Assembly (NCBI GenBank): GCA_030390025.1
Contig: CM059428.1
Span: 108,314,001 to 108,378,000 of the forward strand
Length of the DNA stretch: 64,000 bases
DNA from: Squalus acanthias
Taxonomy: Eukaryota
Reading direction: 5' to 3'
The translations under genes were made by a program, and so were the position numbers. Below, piece by piece: positions 62,525-64,000 of the stretch. Each line of letters starts with the position of its first letter. Within the stretch, counting starts at the first letter, position 1. The notes under the pieces were generated by a model. That model made no database searches, was not told the origin of the DNA, and saw nothing but the letters and a program-made list of their open reading frames with translations.

Positions 62525-63918
62525 ACCTCCTCCCTTCCCACTGTCCAGGGCCCCAAACAATCCTTCCAGGTGCCCACAATTCTTCCAGGTGAAACAGCAA
62601 TTTCCTTGTACTACTTTTAATTTAGTACACTGAATTTGCTGCCCACGATGCCGTCTTCTCTACATTGGAGACCAAACGCAGATTGGGTAATCGCTTTGCG
62701 GAACACCTCCGTTCAGTCCGCAAACGTGACCCTGAGCTTCCAGTCGCCTGTTGTTTTAATTCTCTGCCCCACTCCCACCTCGGCCGCCTACACTGTTCCA
62801 ATGAAGCACAATGGAAGCTCGAGGAACAGTACCTCATCTTTCAATTAAGCACTTTACAGCCTTCCGGACTCAACATTAAGTTCAACAATTTCAGATCATA
62901 TCCTCTACCCCCATTTTTTCGTACGGCAGCTGTTGATGATTCTGCTATTCCCATTTACACCTCCTCTCGACCCACCTTTTGTTTCTTTACTTGTCCCATT
63001 ACCATCTCCTTTCGCCTTGCATCATCATCCCTTTTGTCATTTAATCTTTTTCTTGTGTCATTTAATCTCTTCTGCCTTGCACCCTAACACAGACTTACCC
63101 TTTTGTTCTTCCCCCCATTTCCCTGCCTCTGTACTTTCTTAGAACCTGTTACATCTCTAACTTTTTCCAGTTCTGACGAAAGGTCATCGACCTGAAACAT
63201 TGGCCTGGATTTTCCAATCGGAGGCTTCCTGCGTGCGGATGCCTCCGATCTGGAAAAGATCTACGAACTTACCTGCTGGCTTTGTAGGTCCCGACACTTC
63301 CGCTCCTGGGCCTCTCCTGGTGCACGCGCGCAGATGCCCAGGCAGTTTGCAAGCGTCCCTGGGATCACGTGTGCCATGGGGAACCAATGTAAGAAGGGAA
63401 TCCCCCTTCACACTTGACAGGTCTCTCCGGATAGACCTGTCAAAAGTATGAATGGGGATCACAAAAAATACACTAAAACATTAAAAAAAAAAATTTTTTA
63501 AAACCATCTCGTTTTTAAAATGAGTTAAAATTACATTAAATTAAATATTTTAAACAAAAATTTAATTTTTTGAAAAAAAATTAAAGTTTTTTACAGGGCT
63601 AAAAATAAACTTACCTTTTTTAAAAAGTATTTTAAAATTATAAATGAGTGAAAATGTAAAAAAAATTTTTAAACTCTTACGCTGGTAAAAGCAGGCCTTA
63701 CGTCTGCTTTTACCAGCGTAAGATTTTTAAAGGTTTTCAGCGGGCGGAGGTTGTGCAGAAAGCGGAACTCTCCACCCGCAGAGGCCCTTCTCCAGGGCAG
63801 GCGGATGATCTGTCAAGAGAATTCTTGACATATTGGAAGTGCCGGTTTTCAGAGCACCCGTAGGGATCGGAAAATACGGGCCATTAACTATGTTTCTCTC
63901 TCCACAGATGCTGCCTGA
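62525..63918 (+). mobile_element. Penelope-like element 3' fragment: GIY-YIG endonuclease, 3' UTR and pLTR with hammerhead, split by a MITE
   Basis: LYIGETKRRLGNRFAEHLRSV...LEEQYLIFQLSTLQPSGLN; AGTT-CTGACGA-A-AGGTC(ATC)GACCT-GAAA-CATT..AACT. Confidence 0.88.
63202..63882. mobile_element. Harbinger-like multi-hairpin MITE, inverted relative to 59622-60379
   Basis: TIR ggcctggattttccaatc / gatcggaaaatacgggcc; 3-bp TSD ATT. Confidence 0.88.
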
Positions 63919-64000
63919 TCTCTCCCAGTCCCCTGGATTTACACTATTCTTGGCACTTTTATATGCTCTTTCCTTTAGTTTTATGTTATCTCTCACCTCT

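Overview
Vertebrate genomic DNA, most likely a cartilaginous fish (inferred from the repeat content: CR1 LINEs with TTCTTATG tails, Penelope pLTR repeats, Deu-type SINEs). The window lies inside TMEM245 on the minus strand. Seven coding exons (about exons 2-8, including a 24-nt micro-exon) have GT-AG sites and consistent phases; exon 1 and the 3' exons lie outside. The introns are dominated by transposable elements: many CR1 LINEs (one with intact ORF1 and ORF2 in a nested stack at 20.8-28.2 kb), L2, a Zenon-like LINE with a partner SINE, a PIF/Harbinger fossil, Harbinger-like multi-hairpin MITEs, hAT MITEs and Penelope pieces. Highlights: (1) four short, TSD-flanked fold-back elements built from Penelope termini, three carrying back-to-back minimal hammerhead ribozyme motifs; (2) a U_UUA_AAC slippery heptamer directly before the ORF1 stop in three different CR1 copies, with ORF2 in the -1 frame in two, suggesting programmed -1 frameshifting; (3) a MITE inserted exactly at a hammerhead cleavage triplet. 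Boundaries of old repeats are approximate and family names come from motif recognition, not database searches.
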